Source: Trueperaceae bacterium
GTDB taxonomy: Bacteria > Deinococcota > Deinococci > Deinococcales > Trueperaceae
NCBI GenBank assembly: GCA_965213925.1
Contig: OZ243927.1
Span: forward strand, 3,040,001-3,104,000
Direction of reading: 5' to 3'
Length of the DNA stretch: 64,000 bases
Part shown: one piece after another, positions 1-9,977 of the stretch
How the letters are laid out: each line of letters begins with the position of its first letter
Numbering within the stretch: position 1 is the stretch's first letter
The notes under the pieces: generated by a model
What the model was told of the DNA's origin: nothing
What the model saw: the letters and a program-made list of their open reading frames with translations, nothing else
The model's database searches: none
Program-made: the position numbers and the translations under genes

Positions 1-1018
1 CGCCGCCGTTGTCCTCTTCGCTCTGCGCCAGTTTTTCCACGTCTTCCGAGTTGCGGATGATGCCTAAGCCGTCGCGGAGCCACTGCACAACTGCGCCCGC
101 GATGAAAATCGCCCCCTCGAGCGCGTAGTCGGTGGTGCCGTTCATTTCCCAGGCGATGGTGGATAAGAGCTTGTTCTCGGACGCGACGTGCTCTTGACCC
201 ATATTCATGAGGAAGAAACAGCCCGTCCCGTAGGTGTTCTTGCCCTGCCCCTTCTCGAAGCAGACCTGCCCGAACGACGCAGCTTGCTGGTCGCCTAGAA
301 TGCCCGCAATAGGCACCTCGGCGCGGAGTTGCCCTTGCGTCGCGTGACCGTACACCTCAGAGGAGGACTTGACCTCGGGGAACATCTCACGGGGGATATT
401 AAGAATATCTAAAATCTCCTCGTCCCACTTTTTCTCGTGGATATTAAACATCAGCGTGCGGCAGGCGTTGGATACGTCCGTGATGTGGACCTCGCCGCCC
501 GTAAGTTTATAGATGAGCCAGCTATCGACGGTGCCGAAGAGCAACTCGCCCGCCTCAGCTCTCTTGCGCACCCCGTCCACGTTATCCAAAATCCAGGCGA
601 GCTTGCTGCCTGAAAAGTAGGCGTCTAAGATGAGCCCGGTCTTCTCCTGGAAGGTCTCCTCGTGCCCGTCCGCTTTAAGCTTATCGATGAACTGCGAGGT
701 GCGCCGGTCCTGCCAGACGATGGCGTTGTAGACGGGCTCGCCCGTCTTTTTGTCCCAGACGATCGTCGTCTCGCGTTGGTTGGTGATGCCGATGGCTTCG
801 ATGTCCGACGAGGCGATGTCTGCGTTCGCGATCGCTTCGGAGATGACGCCCGACTGTGTGGACCAAATTTCGTTCGGCTTGTGCTCGACCCAGCCCGGCT
901 CGGGGAAGATTTGCTCGAACTCCTTTTGCCCGGTTCCCACGATTTCGCCGTCGTGGTTGAAGACGATAGCTCTCGAGCTGGTCGTCCCTTGATCGAGTGC
1001 GATGATATAATCTGCCAC
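1..1018 (-). CDS. glpK: Glycerol kinase (3' end runs off the window)
   Basis: Not in the ORF track. Manual translation from GTG at 1018 (RBS AGGAGG upstream) gives [20 protein letters not shown], later [23 protein letters not shown] and KNTYGTGCF, all FGGY/GlpK motifs. Lies directly downstream of glpF. Confidence 0.96.
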   Translation of the reverse strand, partial: MADYIIALDQGTTSSRAIVFNHDGEIVGTGQKEFEQIFPEPGWVEHKPNEIWSTQSGVISEAIANADIASSDIEAIGITNQRETTIVWDKKTGEPVYNAIVWQDRRTSQFIDKLKADGHEETFQEKTGLILDAYFSGSKLAWILDNVDGVRKRAEAGELLFGTVDSWLIYKLTGGEVHITDVSNACRTLMFNIHEKKWDEEILDILNIPREMFPEVKSSSEVYGHATQGQLRAEVPIAGILGDQQAASFGQVCFEKGQGKNTYGTGCFFLMNMGQEHVASENKLLSTIAWEMNGTTDYALEGAIFIAGAVVQWLRDGLGIIRNSEDVEKLAQSEEDNGG

Positions 1019-1086
1019 TTTCTACCTCCTGAGTGAATTGGTACGTGAGCGAATGTGTTTCGTGGACTCAACTTGCCCTTCGAACC

Positions 1087-1809
1087 TCAGCTCGGGAAGA
1101 GCAAAGCGTAGCTGACGCCGCCCAGCGCGCCGCCGACGATGGGCGCGATGATGGGCACCCAAGCGTAGCTCCAGTTCGAGTCGCGCTTGTCGGGTATCGG
1201 CAGCAGCGCGTGCGCTAAGCGCGGCGAGAAGTCGCGGGCAGGGTTGATGGCGTAGCCCGTCGGCCCGCCCACCGAGAGTCCGATCGCCCACACCAAGAAG
1301 CCGATAAGAAGCGGCTGAAGACCCGTTCTGTCGGGCAACTCGCCCCCATAAAAGCCGATGGCGAGCACGCCGAAAACTAAGAGAAACGTCCCTACCATCT
1401 CGGTCACGAAGTTCGCGGGCAGGTCGCGGATGGCGGGCGTGGTGCAGAAAACGTCGAGTTTGGCTTGGGCGTCTTCAGTCTTGGCCCAATGGGGTCTATA
1501 GGCCGCCCACACCACCACCGCGCCGATAAACCCGCCGATAAGCTGCGCGAGAATATAGGCGGGCACTTGCGACCACGCAAACGCGCCGCTCGCCGCGAGC
1601 CCTACAGTCACAGCCGGATTGATATGAGCGCTGCTAAACTCAAACACGCTGTAAACCGCGATAGCAACGCCCAACCCCCACCCCGTCGTGATGACGATCC
1701 AGCCCGAGCCCTCGCCCTTCGAGCCCGCCAAACTCGCGGTCGCCACCACGCCGCACCCGAAAATCATCAGTATCGCGGTGCCTATAATTTCAGCTACGAA
1801 GAAATTCAC
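1087..1809 (-). CDS. glpF: MIP-family glycerol uptake facilitator
   Basis: Two NPA motifs (HINPAVT, INPARD; the D after the second NPA is aquaglyceroporin-type). GTG at 1809 fits the RBS better than 1815. Confidence 0.95.
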   Translation of the reverse strand: MNFFVAEIIGTAILMIFGCGVVATASLAGSKGEGSGWIVITTGWGLGVAIAVYSVFEFSSAHINPAVTVGLAASGAFAWSQVPAYILAQLIGGFIGAVVVWAAYRPHWAKTEDAQAKLDVFCTTPAIRDLPANFVTEMVGTFLLVFGVLAIGFYGGELPDRTGLQPLLIGFLVWAIGLSVGGPTGYAINPARDFSPRLAHALLPIPDKRDSNWSYAWVPIIAPIVGGALGGVSYALLFPS

Positions 1810-1970
1810 CCTCACTCCCTCTCAAACTTCGCTCTTCTTATTTCGCTCAGCTTCGCTTGTAGGTTTTCTCTACAGCACCCCCGAATCTGACGATATGGAC
1901 AAAAAGAATGAATAGAGGTCCCTTAGTGGGCACCACTTTTAGCTATCTGCTTGCTCACGAAGTTTCAGCG

Positions 1971-2002
1971 AGCATACATTTCGTTGACATCGCTTGTCAA
2001 CG
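1971..2002 (-). promoter_or_regulatory. Putative sigma70 promoter for glpF-glpK with a palindrome over the -35
   Basis: Minus strand TTGACA(2000-1995)-18 bp-TATGCT(1976-1971). CGTTGACA-N5-TGTCAACG inverted repeat at 1982-2002. Confidence 0.6.
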
Positions 2003-2143
2003 CTGCCGCGACTTTTGCAGTGTTTTGTGTGGGGGGTTTTGTGTGGGGGGCGCTTTACTACGGATTGGGCTCAAAAAGAGACCGTATGAGCGCGCCTAAA
2101 AGTGGTCAGTGTGCCATCCGCAAGTTGCTTTGGCTAGCTGGAC

Positions 2144-2187
2144 AAGGTGAGGCTCGAGCGCGTACGTACGCGCTCGAGCCTCACCTT
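2144..2187. repeat. Perfect spacerless 44-bp palindrome just downstream of the ABC substrate-binding gene
   Basis: AAGGTGAGGCTCGAGCGCGTAC|GTACGCGCTCGAGCCTCACCTT is its own reverse complement. Confidence 0.95.
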
Positions 2188-2205
2188 CACGAAAGGCAAA
2201 ACGCT

Positions 2206-3975
2206 TTAGTTAGAACCGCCGGTTGAGTCACTCGAGGACTCGCTACCGTCACCTGTCCACTGCTGCAAAAGCTCCTCATAGGGAACGGTCTGCGGCTCCT
2301 CGTCGGGGCGCTCGGGTTTGGGCGAGCCGGGTTGCTCCAACCAGTAGGACGCTTCGCGCGGCTCGTTGAGCTGGGGCGAGCAGGTTTCCATGTCGGCACG
2401 CTCGAGGCGAGCCATGATGCCGTCTTGCTGCTCAGCGAGCGTGTTCAAGGCTTCTTCGACGGTTGCGTCACCCGTGATCGCGTTGGCGATATTCTGCCAC
2501 CAGAGCTGCGAGAGTTTGGGGTAGTCGGGCACGTTGGGTCCCGAGTCGGTCCACTGGTTCTCAACAGGCGAGCGGTAGAACTCGATGATGCCGCCGTACT
2601 GGTCGATATTCTCAGTCAGGTAGTCGCTCTCCACCGTCGAGCGGCGCACGGGCGTCCCGCCGACCAAGAACTTCTTCAAGGAGACCGTCTTCGAGCTGGC
2701 GAACTGCGCCCAGAGCCAGGCGGCGGCGCGGCGGTCGCCTTCGACGTTCGTAAGGATAGTCCAAGAGCCCGCGTCCTGATAGCCGACCTTCATGCCCTCG
2801 TCCCAATACTTGCCGTGCGGCGTGGGGGCGACGCGCCAACGCAAGGAGCCGTCGTCATTGACAACCGGGTTGCCGGGCTCGCGGAAGATGGGGTCGGAGA
2901 GCCAAGTGATGTACTGGAAGACGCGCTGGGCGATCTGCCCCTGACCCGGAACGGGTCCCGCCTCGCTCCAGGTGATGGACGCTGCCTGAGGCGGCGCGTA
3001 AGCTTTGAGCCAGTCGATATAGGTCTGCAAGGCGTACTGCGCCGCCGGACCGTTGATCGCGCCGCCGCGCGTGACCGACGAACCCTGCGGGCGGCAGTCC
3101 TCGACGCGGATGCCCCACTCGTCCACCGGGATGCCGTTCGGCAAGCCCGTGTCGCCGACGCCTGCGATGCTCATCCAGGCGTCTGTGAAGCGCCAGCCGA
3201 GCGAGACGTCTTTTTTGCCGTAGTCCATGTGACCGTAGACCTGTGTGCCGTCAATCGTGCCGTCGCCGTTGACCTCGTTGGTGAAGAAGTTGGCGATGTC
3301 TTCGTACGCTGCCCAGTTCACGGGAACGCCCAACTCGTAGCCGTAGATATCCATGAACTGCTGCTTGATATTCTCGTCCGTGAACCAGTCGTAGCGGAAC
3401 CAGTAGAGGTTGGCGAACTGCTGGTCGGGGAGCTGAAGCTGGTTGCCCTCGTAATCCTGCCCGAACTCTAAGTTCATCCAGTCGTCTAGGTCCAACGTCG
3501 GGTTAGTGACGTCCGCGCCCTCGTTCGCCATGTAATCCGTGAGGTTCACCGCCGAGCCGTAGCGCAGATGCGTGCCGATGAGATCGGCGTCATTGACGTA
3601 GATGTCGTAGATATTCTGCCCCGAGTTGAGCTGCGTCTGGAGGCGCTCCACCACGTCGCCCTCACCGATGATGTCGTGGGTGACGTTGATACCGCAGATT
3701 TCGTTAAACGCTTGCGTCAGCGTTTCGGACTCGTAGGTGTGCGTGCGGATGTTTTCAGCGACAGAGGAAATCTCCATACCCCGGTAGGGCTCGCACGCCT
3801 GAATGAACCACTCCATCTCGGCGAGCTGCTCCTCACGCGAAATCGCCGAGGGCGTAAACTCGTCGTCGATCCAGCGCTCAGCCGCCGCCATGCGCTGCTC
3901 GGTGTCGTCTTGCGCGACGCCGGAGCTGACCATCAGCGCGGCGAGGAGACCTAAAACAATCAACTTGATCTTCAC
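2206..3975 (-). CDS. Glycerol ABC transporter substrate-binding protein (Rhizobium GlpV-like)
   Basis: Signal peptide. Motifs QLPDQQFANLYWFRYDWF, YGYELGVPVNWAAYEDIA and GHMDYGKKD are typical of this SBP family, and the gene is next to glpFK. Confidence 0.88.
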   Translation of the reverse strand: MKIKLIVLGLLAALMVSSGVAQDDTEQRMAAAERWIDDEFTPSAISREEQLAEMEWFIQACEPYRGMEISSVAENIRTHTYESETLTQAFNEICGINVTHDIIGEGDVVERLQTQLNSGQNIYDIYVNDADLIGTHLRYGSAVNLTDYMANEGADVTNPTLDLDDWMNLEFGQDYEGNQLQLPDQQFANLYWFRYDWFTDENIKQQFMDIYGYELGVPVNWAAYEDIANFFTNEVNGDGTIDGTQVYGHMDYGKKDVSLGWRFTDAWMSIAGVGDTGLPNGIPVDEWGIRVEDCRPQGSSVTRGGAINGPAAQYALQTYIDWLKAYAPPQAASITWSEAGPVPGQGQIAQRVFQYITWLSDPIFREPGNPVVNDDGSLRWRVAPTPHGKYWDEGMKVGYQDAGSWTILTNVEGDRRAAAWLWAQFASSKTVSLKKFLVGGTPVRRSTVESDYLTENIDQYGGIIEFYRSPVENQWTDSGPNVPDYPKLSQLWWQNIANAITGDATVEEALNTLAEQQDGIMARLERADMETCSPQLNEPREASYWLEQPGSPKPERPDEEPQTVPYEELLQQWTGDGSESSSDSTGGSN

Positions 3976-4090
3976 AAAAACCCCTTTATGAGTGTGTTGA
4001 CTAGAGCGTAGGGTTGGTGGATATAGGGCTTATCACCTCCTTTCAAGGATTTTCTTGTTACGACACGCCGCGCTTATCCGCTGCTTGCTC

Positions 4091-4119
4091 GTAGGGGCGG
4101 GTTCCAAACCCGCCCCTAC
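4091..4119. repeat. GTAG-type REP-like palindrome
   Basis: GTAGGGGCGGGTT-CCA-AACCCGCCCCTAC. A second degenerate copy (GTAGGGGGGATTCAT...GCCCCTAC) lies at about 4160-4198. Confidence 0.8.
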
Positions 4120-4233
4120 ACTGCGCCGCATCACCTACATGGGAAGACAGCGCTGCTTCGTAGGGGGGATTCATACAGTGATAAATATATGCCCCTACGC
4201 CGTCCGCAGTAGTGGCAAACATTGTGAAGGAAC

Positions 4234-4530
4234 CTACCCATAACGCACCACCACAAAGATGAGCACGAACGCAATCGGCAAGGCGTACCAGAGCGTCACG
4301 CCCGGCACGAACGCCACCCACAAGAGCATCGTCCCGAAAAAGATCAGTACGCTTAAAAAGAAGCGTTCGCCGCGTGTAAAGGCGACGGGCAAGAAACCTT
4401 GCCGCTTGACGCTCGAGTTGCGGACGTCCCAGATGGTCATGCCGGTAAGGGCGAGGGCTAAGAGGATGAAAAATACGGCGGTGGGAACCGTCCACTCCAT
4501 CCAACCTAAAAAGGTGCTCGAGCCACTCAC
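4234..4530 (-). CDS. Small membrane protein, DUF2160 family (GlpU-like)
   Basis: WMEWTVPTAVFF...RQGFLPVAFTRGERFFLS pattern, positioned between the permease and the SBP. Confidence 0.85.
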   Translation of the reverse strand: MSGSSTFLGWMEWTVPTAVFFILLALALTGMTIWDVRNSSVKRQGFLPVAFTRGERFFLSVLIFFGTMLLWVAFVPGVTLWYALPIAFVLIFVVVRYG

Positions 4531-4532
4531 AC

Positions 4533-5414
4533 TTACACCCGCCCTAACGCGAAGCCTTTAGCGAGGTAGTCGCGCACGAAGTAGATGAGAATCGCGCCGG
4601 GAATGATCATCAGAATCCCCGCCGCCGCGATCACGCCCCAGTCCCAGCCTTCCGCGCCCAACGAGCGAGAGAGCGTCACGACGATGGGCTTCGTCTCCGT
4701 GCCCGTGAGGGTCCGCGCCATGAGCAGCTCCACCCACGAAAAGAGAAAGGAGAAAAACGCTGCTACGCCGATGCCGGGACCGATGAGCGGCAGAAATATC
4801 TTGTAGAAGAACGCGGGGAACGAGTAGCCGTCGATGTAGGCGGTCTCGTCGATGGCTTTGGGTATACCCGACATAAAGCCCTCTAAAATCCAGATCGCGA
4901 GCGGCACGCTGAAAAGCGTATGGGCGAGCGCCACAGCGAGGGGCGTGTCGAAAATCCCCATGTTCGAGTAGAGCTGAAAGAAGGGCAGTAAGAAGACCGC
5001 GCCCGGAGCCATGCGGTTGGTGAGGAGCCAGAAGAAGAGGTGGTGGTCGCCGCGAAAGGTGTAGCGAGAGAAAGCGTAGGCGGCGGGCAGCGCCACCAAG
5101 AGCGTGATGACGACGTTAAGCGCTACGTAGGTCAGCGAGTTGAAAAACGCCTCACGCCAGAAGGGTTGGTTGAAGATTTCGGCGTAGTTCGAGAGCGTCG
5201 GGTTGCGCGGCAAAAAGCCTGTCGCACTGCCCGCTAGCCCCAAAATCTCCTCGTTCGTCTTGAACGACATCGAGAGCATCCAGAGAAGCGGCGCGAAGAG
5301 GAAGATGAAGTACGCCGCCATGCCGAGGGTGCGCACGCTAAAGTAGCGCCCTAGATTGAAATTGGTGCTGCCTTCTTCCGCCTTTGCCGCCCTCGGTTTG
5401 TCGGTCCTGTCCAT
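4533..5414 (-). CDS. Carbohydrate (glycerol) ABC transporter permease
   Basis: Six TM segments, EAA-like loop IDETAYIDG, C-terminal AKGFALGRV. Confidence 0.93.
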   Translation of the reverse strand: MDRTDKPRAAKAEEGSTNFNLGRYFSVRTLGMAAYFIFLFAPLLWMLSMSFKTNEEILGLAGSATGFLPRNPTLSNYAEIFNQPFWREAFFNSLTYVALNVVITLLVALPAAYAFSRYTFRGDHHLFFWLLTNRMAPGAVFLLPFFQLYSNMGIFDTPLAVALAHTLFSVPLAIWILEGFMSGIPKAIDETAYIDGYSFPAFFYKIFLPLIGPGIGVAAFFSFLFSWVELLMARTLTGTETKPIVVTLSRSLGAEGWDWGVIAAAGILMIIPGAILIYFVRDYLAKGFALGRV

Positions 5415-5415
5415 G

Positions 5416-6300
5416 TCAGCCCTCCTGTCCTTGCGCCTCGTTGCCCGTGCCCACGCTCGTCAGCACGAGGAAAAACACGTACGAGATGACCAAGATGATG
5501 AAGAAGTAAGTGAGAGACAAAGCTGCCGCGTAGCCGAACTCGAAGCCGCCCACCGCCTTGCGCACCAGCACGTCGCTCAAGAAGGTCGTGGTGTTGCCGG
5601 GTCCGCCGCCCGTTAAGAGCGAGACCTCGATATAGATGCGAAACGAGTCCATGAAGCGGAGCAAGATACCGATGGTCAACACGCTCCGCAGGCGCGGCAA
5701 GATGACGTAGCGAAAGGTCTTCCAGCGCGACGCGCCGTCGATTCGCGCGGCTTGGAAATAGGCGTCAGGAATCGCAGTGAGACCCGAAAAGCAGAGGAGC
5801 GCGATCAGCGGCGTCCAGTGCCACACGTCCATAAACACCACGGTCCAGTAGGCGTCGATGGAGTTTAGTGCGACGTTGTAGTCATAACCGAAGAGCCCGA
5901 AGACACCCGGCACAAAACCTAAGTCACCCCGCGTAAAGACGCGCCAGATGATGCCGACAACGTTCCAAGGAATGAGGAGGGGCAACCCGAGCGCGATGAG
6001 CGAGGCGGTCACGCCCCAACCCTTTTTGGGCATCCCGAGCGCGATGAGGATGCCTAAGGGCACTTCGATAAGGAGAATCAGCAGCGAGAAGATGACCTGG
6101 CGCTGCAACGCGCCGATAAAGAGAGGGTCATTCAGGACGGTGCGGTAGTTCTCCAAGCCTATCCAGAGCGGGTCTAAGCCTGGCAGGATATCCTGAAACG
6201 AATAGTTGATGACCGTCATAAAGGGGATAAAGGCGTTGACGGACAGAACAATCAGCGCGGGGATGAGGAAAAACCACGCTTTCTGGTTGACGGTCTTCAC
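5416..6300 (-). CDS. Carbohydrate (glycerol) ABC transporter permease
   Basis: MDVWHWTP, QAARIDGAS EAA loop, LTGGGPGNTT. Confidence 0.93.
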   Translation of the reverse strand: MKTVNQKAWFFLIPALIVLSVNAFIPFMTVINYSFQDILPGLDPLWIGLENYRTVLNDPLFIGALQRQVIFSLLILLIEVPLGILIALGMPKKGWGVTASLIALGLPLLIPWNVVGIIWRVFTRGDLGFVPGVFGLFGYDYNVALNSIDAYWTVVFMDVWHWTPLIALLCFSGLTAIPDAYFQAARIDGASRWKTFRYVILPRLRSVLTIGILLRFMDSFRIYIEVSLLTGGGPGNTTTFLSDVLVRKAVGGFEFGYAAALSLTYFFIILVISYVFFLVLTSVGTGNEAQGQEG

Positions 6301-6347
6301 CGGGCTACCTCTTTCACAGCGATATCTCCTTCACAGCAATACCCCTC

Positions 6348-7430
6348 TCACAGCGACATCTCTACACGCTTCACAGCTTCGCCGTCTTCGTAGACCATCA
6401 CGCGGTCTTCGGGAAACCGCGCGTAGAGCGTGTCCCCCTTATTCACGCCCGCGCTTTCGTCCATCCGAGCTTTGAAGTCGAGATTCGCGCCCTCTAAATC
6501 CACGATTAGCGCACTGCCCGTCAGGTTCACAGCGTTCACCTTACATTCCATCCAGTCGGGGCGAAGCTCGAGGCTCGTCTCCACAAACTCAGGGCGAATC
6601 CCTAGCTGAAGCTCGCCGCCGCTTTGCTCATCCACGACATCTTGCAGCGGCACGACGTAGTCACCTACTTTGACCCCCTGATCCACCTTTTCCGCGTCGA
6701 AGAGGTTCATCCCTGGGCTGCCGATGAAGTAGCCCACGAAGGGCGCTTGCGGTTCGTCGTGTAGGGCTTGGGCGTCGCCGGTCTGGAGCGCCTTGCCAGC
6801 GTTCATGACCGTCACCTGGTCGGCGAAGGTCAGCGCCTCGTGCTGGTCGTGCGTGACGTAGACCATCGTGATGCCCAAGCGGTCGTGGAGTTCTTTGAGC
6901 TTGCGGCGCAGTTGCCACTTCATGTGCGGGTCGATGACGGTCAAAGGTTCGTCGAAGAGCATGGCGGTGGTGTCTTCGCGCACTAGCCCGCGCCCCATCG
7001 AGATGCGCTGCTTTTCGGCGGCACCGAGCCCTGAGGCGTTCTTTTTGAGCACGTCTTCAAGCTCCAACATCTCCGCAATCTCGTTCACTCGTTTCTTGAC
7101 CTTGTCCTCGGCGAAGTTGCGGTTGCGGAGCGGAAAGGCGAGGTTGTCGAACACGTTTAAGGTCTCGTAGACCACCGGAAACTGGAAGACCTGCGCCACG
7201 TTGCGCTGTTGCGGCGTCAGCGCGGTGACGTCCTCCCCGTCCAAAAGGACGCGCCCCTCAGTCGGCTTGAGGAGCCCCGAAATGATTTTTAAGAGCGTCG
7301 TCTTGCCGCAGCCCGACGGACCTAAGAGCGCACTCGCCACCCCGTCGCGCCACTTGATGTTGATGTCTTTCACCGCGTAGTCGCCAGGCACGTAGGCGTG
7401 CGCCACGTCCACAAGCTCAATCGTCGCCAT
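6348..7430 (-). CDS. ABC transporter ATP-binding protein (MalK-like, glycerol system)
   Basis: Walker A GPSGCGKTT, Walker B LFDEPL, H-loop VTHDQ, TOBE-like C-terminus. Confidence 0.95.
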   Translation of the reverse strand: MATIELVDVAHAYVPGDYAVKDINIKWRDGVASALLGPSGCGKTTLLKIISGLLKPTEGRVLLDGEDVTALTPQQRNVAQVFQFPVVYETLNVFDNLAFPLRNRNFAEDKVKKRVNEIAEMLELEDVLKKNASGLGAAEKQRISMGRGLVREDTTAMLFDEPLTVIDPHMKWQLRRKLKELHDRLGITMVYVTHDQHEALTFADQVTVMNAGKALQTGDAQALHDEPQAPFVGYFIGSPGMNLFDAEKVDQGVKVGDYVVPLQDVVDEQSGGELQLGIRPEFVETSLELRPDWMECKVNAVNLTGSALIVDLEGANLDFKARMDESAGVNKGDTLYARFPEDRVMVYEDGEAVKRVEMSL

Positions 7431-8530
7431 CAGCGCACCGCCGCCGCGCTCTGCACGAGCTGCCCGTCCGCGCCGAAGAGATGGATACGCTTAGGGTCGA
7501 AGTAGACCGTCGTCTGCTCGCCCAAGCTGTGCTGGCGCAGGTCTTGCGTCAACACGGTGAGACGCAAGTCGCCGCGCGAGAGGTGCAGCGTCGTGTCCGA
7601 GCCGACGATTTCGGCGAGGTCGAGTTCGGCGGAGAGGGAGATGTCCTCCTCTAACGCCTCTTTTCGGTCAGCGCGGAGGTAGAGGTGATGGGGGCGAATG
7701 CCCAGGATATAGTCGCCACCGGACACGTCGGCGTTCATGGCGCGAAGGGGTATCTCGAGGTCCTCCGAGACCACCGCCTTACTATCTTTAACCGTGCACG
7801 GCAAGAAGTTCATCGGCGGGTCGCTGAAGTACTCGCCCGACTTGCGGTGCTCAGGTTTTTTATAAACTTCGCGCATCTCGCCGTACTGGATGATCTTCCC
7901 GTCGTGCAAAATCGCCGCGTGCGACGCCATCGTCAGCGCGTCAATCGGCTCCGGCGTCGCGTAGATAAAAATAGCATCCCGTTCTGCCGCCAAACTTTTA
8001 AGCTCTAAACGTAAATCCTCACGTAACTTATAGTCCAAGTTGCCCAGTGGTTCATCGAACAAAATCAGCCGCGCCTCTTTGACGATGGCACGCGCAATCG
8101 CCACGCGCTGCTGCTGTCCGCCGGAAAGCTCCTGCGGCAAACGGTCCAAGAGTTCCTCAATCTGAAGCTGCTCGGCGGCGCGGCGCACGCGCTTGTCGAT
8201 GTCCGACTTGTCGTACTTCTTCTTGCTCGCCCGCAAGGGTGAGGCGATATTTTCGTAGACCTTCAAGGACGGGTAGTTGATGAACTGCTGGTAGACCATC
8301 GAGACGTTGCGGTCTCTGACGTGCGTTCCCGTCACGTCCTCGCCGTCCACGAAGATGCGCCCTTTGTCCGGCTTTTCGATGCCCGCTAAGACGCGCAGCA
8401 AGGTCGTCTTGCCCGTTCCAGTTGGCGCAATGATGGACAAAAAGGTGTCGTCGGCGATCTCGAGATTCAAGCCCTTTAAGGTCTGATACCCCTCGCTTCT
8501 CTTGTGAATATCCTCGAGTCTAATCCCCAC
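7430..8530 (-). CDS. ABC transporter ATP-binding protein (glycerol system, first gene of the operon)
   Basis: [32 protein letters not shown]. Confidence 0.95.
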   Translation of the reverse strand: MGIRLEDIHKRSEGYQTLKGLNLEIADDTFLSIIAPTGTGKTTLLRVLAGIEKPDKGRIFVDGEDVTGTHVRDRNVSMVYQQFINYPSLKVYENIASPLRASKKKYDKSDIDKRVRRAAEQLQIEELLDRLPQELSGGQQQRVAIARAIVKEARLILFDEPLGNLDYKLREDLRLELKSLAAERDAIFIYATPEPIDALTMASHAAILHDGKIIQYGEMREVYKKPEHRKSGEYFSDPPMNFLPCTVKDSKAVVSEDLEIPLRAMNADVSGGDYILGIRPHHLYLRADRKEALEEDISLSAELDLAEIVGSDTTLHLSRGDLRLTVLTQDLRQHSLGEQTTVYFDPKRIHLFGADGQLVQSAAAVR

Positions 8531-8632
8531 GGAGCCTCCAAAGCGGAAAAGTAGGTGCGCCCGTGCTTAGCGCCCCTAGACTGCGCGAAGCGAAGCACTC
8601 CATATAGATATAAAAACGTATTGCTTGGTGAG

Positions 8633-8662
8633 AGCATACCTATTCTTTGTGGAGACTGTCAA
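8633..8662 (-). promoter_or_regulatory. Putative sigma70 promoter of the glycerol ABC operon
   Basis: Minus strand TTGACA(8662-8657)-18 bp-TATGCT(8638-8633), the same boxes and spacing as the glpF promoter. Confidence 0.6.
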
Positions 8663-8753
8663 CGTGCGTGTGTGGACTTTGGCGTTAGGGACACTAGATG
8701 TAGTGACGCATCAGCCGTAAGAGGTTGCTTGGCTCCGCTATACTCTGGCTATC

Positions 8754-9245
8754 ATGCTTTCATTATCTTGCCAGAAAACACTGAAGCGCAAATGTTCGAG
8801 CGGAGCTATTTTCGGCACGGCGAGCAGCCTTTTTTTCGTTTGCTTTTTCGGATGGACGAACTGGAGTGACGCTCCGAGCTACAATCCTCTTGGCTTCGTG
8901 TTAGTGGTCGTTCCTTCCGCTATTATTGCTTTTCTGCTAACTCCAGGAGGACCCGAGTATACTGAGGCATTCTCCTGGGGCGACGCCCTCTTTCTCGGCA
9001 CTTACGTCACTTCGCTGTCTTACCTTGCAGGCTTCGCAATAGTGATGCTACCTTTTACTTTACCGTCACTCAACAATACTCTGGCGTCGCCTACTAACTT
9101 CATAAGTTTCGTGGGAAACATGATTGTAGCTGTTGTATTTAGAGCGTTCTACATACTTCTGCCCGCGTTACCCTTTGGCATGTTAGGCGGTTTGCTCTAC
9201 AGGTTTTTAGCAAAACGAACGCTAAGTATGAACGAAGCGTCCTGA
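8754..9245 (+). CDS. Hypothetical membrane protein (about 4 TM)
   Basis: Hydrophobic ORF that fills the gap and converges on the LysE gene. No family recognised. Confidence 0.55.
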   Translation: MLSLSCQKTLKRKCSSGAIFGTASSLFFVCFFGWTNWSDAPSYNPLGFVLVVVPSAIIAFLLTPGGPEYTEAFSWGDALFLGTYVTSLSYLAGFAIVMLPFTLPSLNNTLASPTNFISFVGNMIVAVVFRAFYILLPALPFGMLGGLLYRFLAKRTLSMNEAS

Positions 9246-9249
9246 CCTC

Positions 9250-9888
9250 TTACTTGCTCTTCCCCCCACCACTAAGCGCTGCCCCCACCCCGAGCAACAC
9301 GTAAATACTCCCGCTCACGTAATGCTGGATATTCAAGAACCGTCGGCTCCGCTTGAGCCAAGTGCCGAATGAACCTGCTAGGAGCGCGTAAAGGCCATCA
9401 CTCAGGAGACCGATGACGATAAATAGCGCACCGAGAACGAGAATTTGCGTCTCGATATTTCCTTTTGAGACTGCGACGAACTGCGGCAAAAAGGCAAGGA
9501 AGAAGATAGCGGATTTAGGATTAAGGACGTTGACGACAATACCTTCAACAAAAATCTTATGGAGAGGTTGCGGAGTTACGTCACCTGTCGAGGTGGCGAC
9601 AGCCTTGCTTAGTAGTTTACGCACACCTAAGTAGATGAGGTAGGCTGCGCCTAAATATTTAACAATGCTAAAGGCAACGACAGAGGACGCGAGCAGCGCG
9701 GAGATGCCTAACGCCGCCGCGAAGATATAAACAAGTGCGCCGACGGCCGCGCCTAGAACAGAGACTAAGCCCGCTATGCGCCCCTGCTCGAGGCTGCGGG
9801 CTACGACGTAGAGCACGACGGGACCGGGCGTAACGACTAGGGTAAAGGCCGCACCTACGAAGAGAAGGAGGGTGGAAAGTTCAGGCAT
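9250..9888 (-). CDS. LysE/RhtB family translocator
   Basis: TPGP...GRIAG, KYLGAAYLIYLG, LNPKSAIFFLAFLPQF. Confidence 0.93.
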   Translation of the reverse strand: MPELSTLLLFVGAAFTLVVTPGPVVLYVVARSLEQGRIAGLVSVLGAAVGALVYIFAAALGISALLASSVVAFSIVKYLGAAYLIYLGVRKLLSKAVATSTGDVTPQPLHKIFVEGIVVNVLNPKSAIFFLAFLPQFVAVSKGNIETQILVLGALFIVIGLLSDGLYALLAGSFGTWLKRSRRFLNIQHYVSGSIYVLLGVGAALSGGGKSK

Positions 9889-9916
9889 GGTTGGACCTCT
9901 CTAAAAGATAGTTGAA

Positions 9917-9962
9917 AGCAATGAGCAACGAGTCTAAAGATTTTCACTCATTGCTCATTGCT
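9917..9962. repeat. Heptamer-built inverted repeat (GCAATGA units), possible terminator
   Basis: AGCAATGAGCAACGAGT...ACTCATTGCTCATTGCT between the C45 and LysE genes. Confidence 0.7.
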
Positions 9963-9977
9963 TCTCTTTTCTCATTG

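Noticed and set aside
2332..3954. Long plus-strand ORFs (379 aa, 128 aa) and similar shadow ORFs elsewhere (e.g. 39062-39967, 39549-40487, 19752-20513, 41434-42135)
   Set aside because: Antisense or off-frame shadows of well-supported GC-rich genes, with no recognisable motifs.
4055..4243. Small ORFs containing LVGAGSKPAPT
   Set aside because: Translations of the REP palindrome in the intergenic region.
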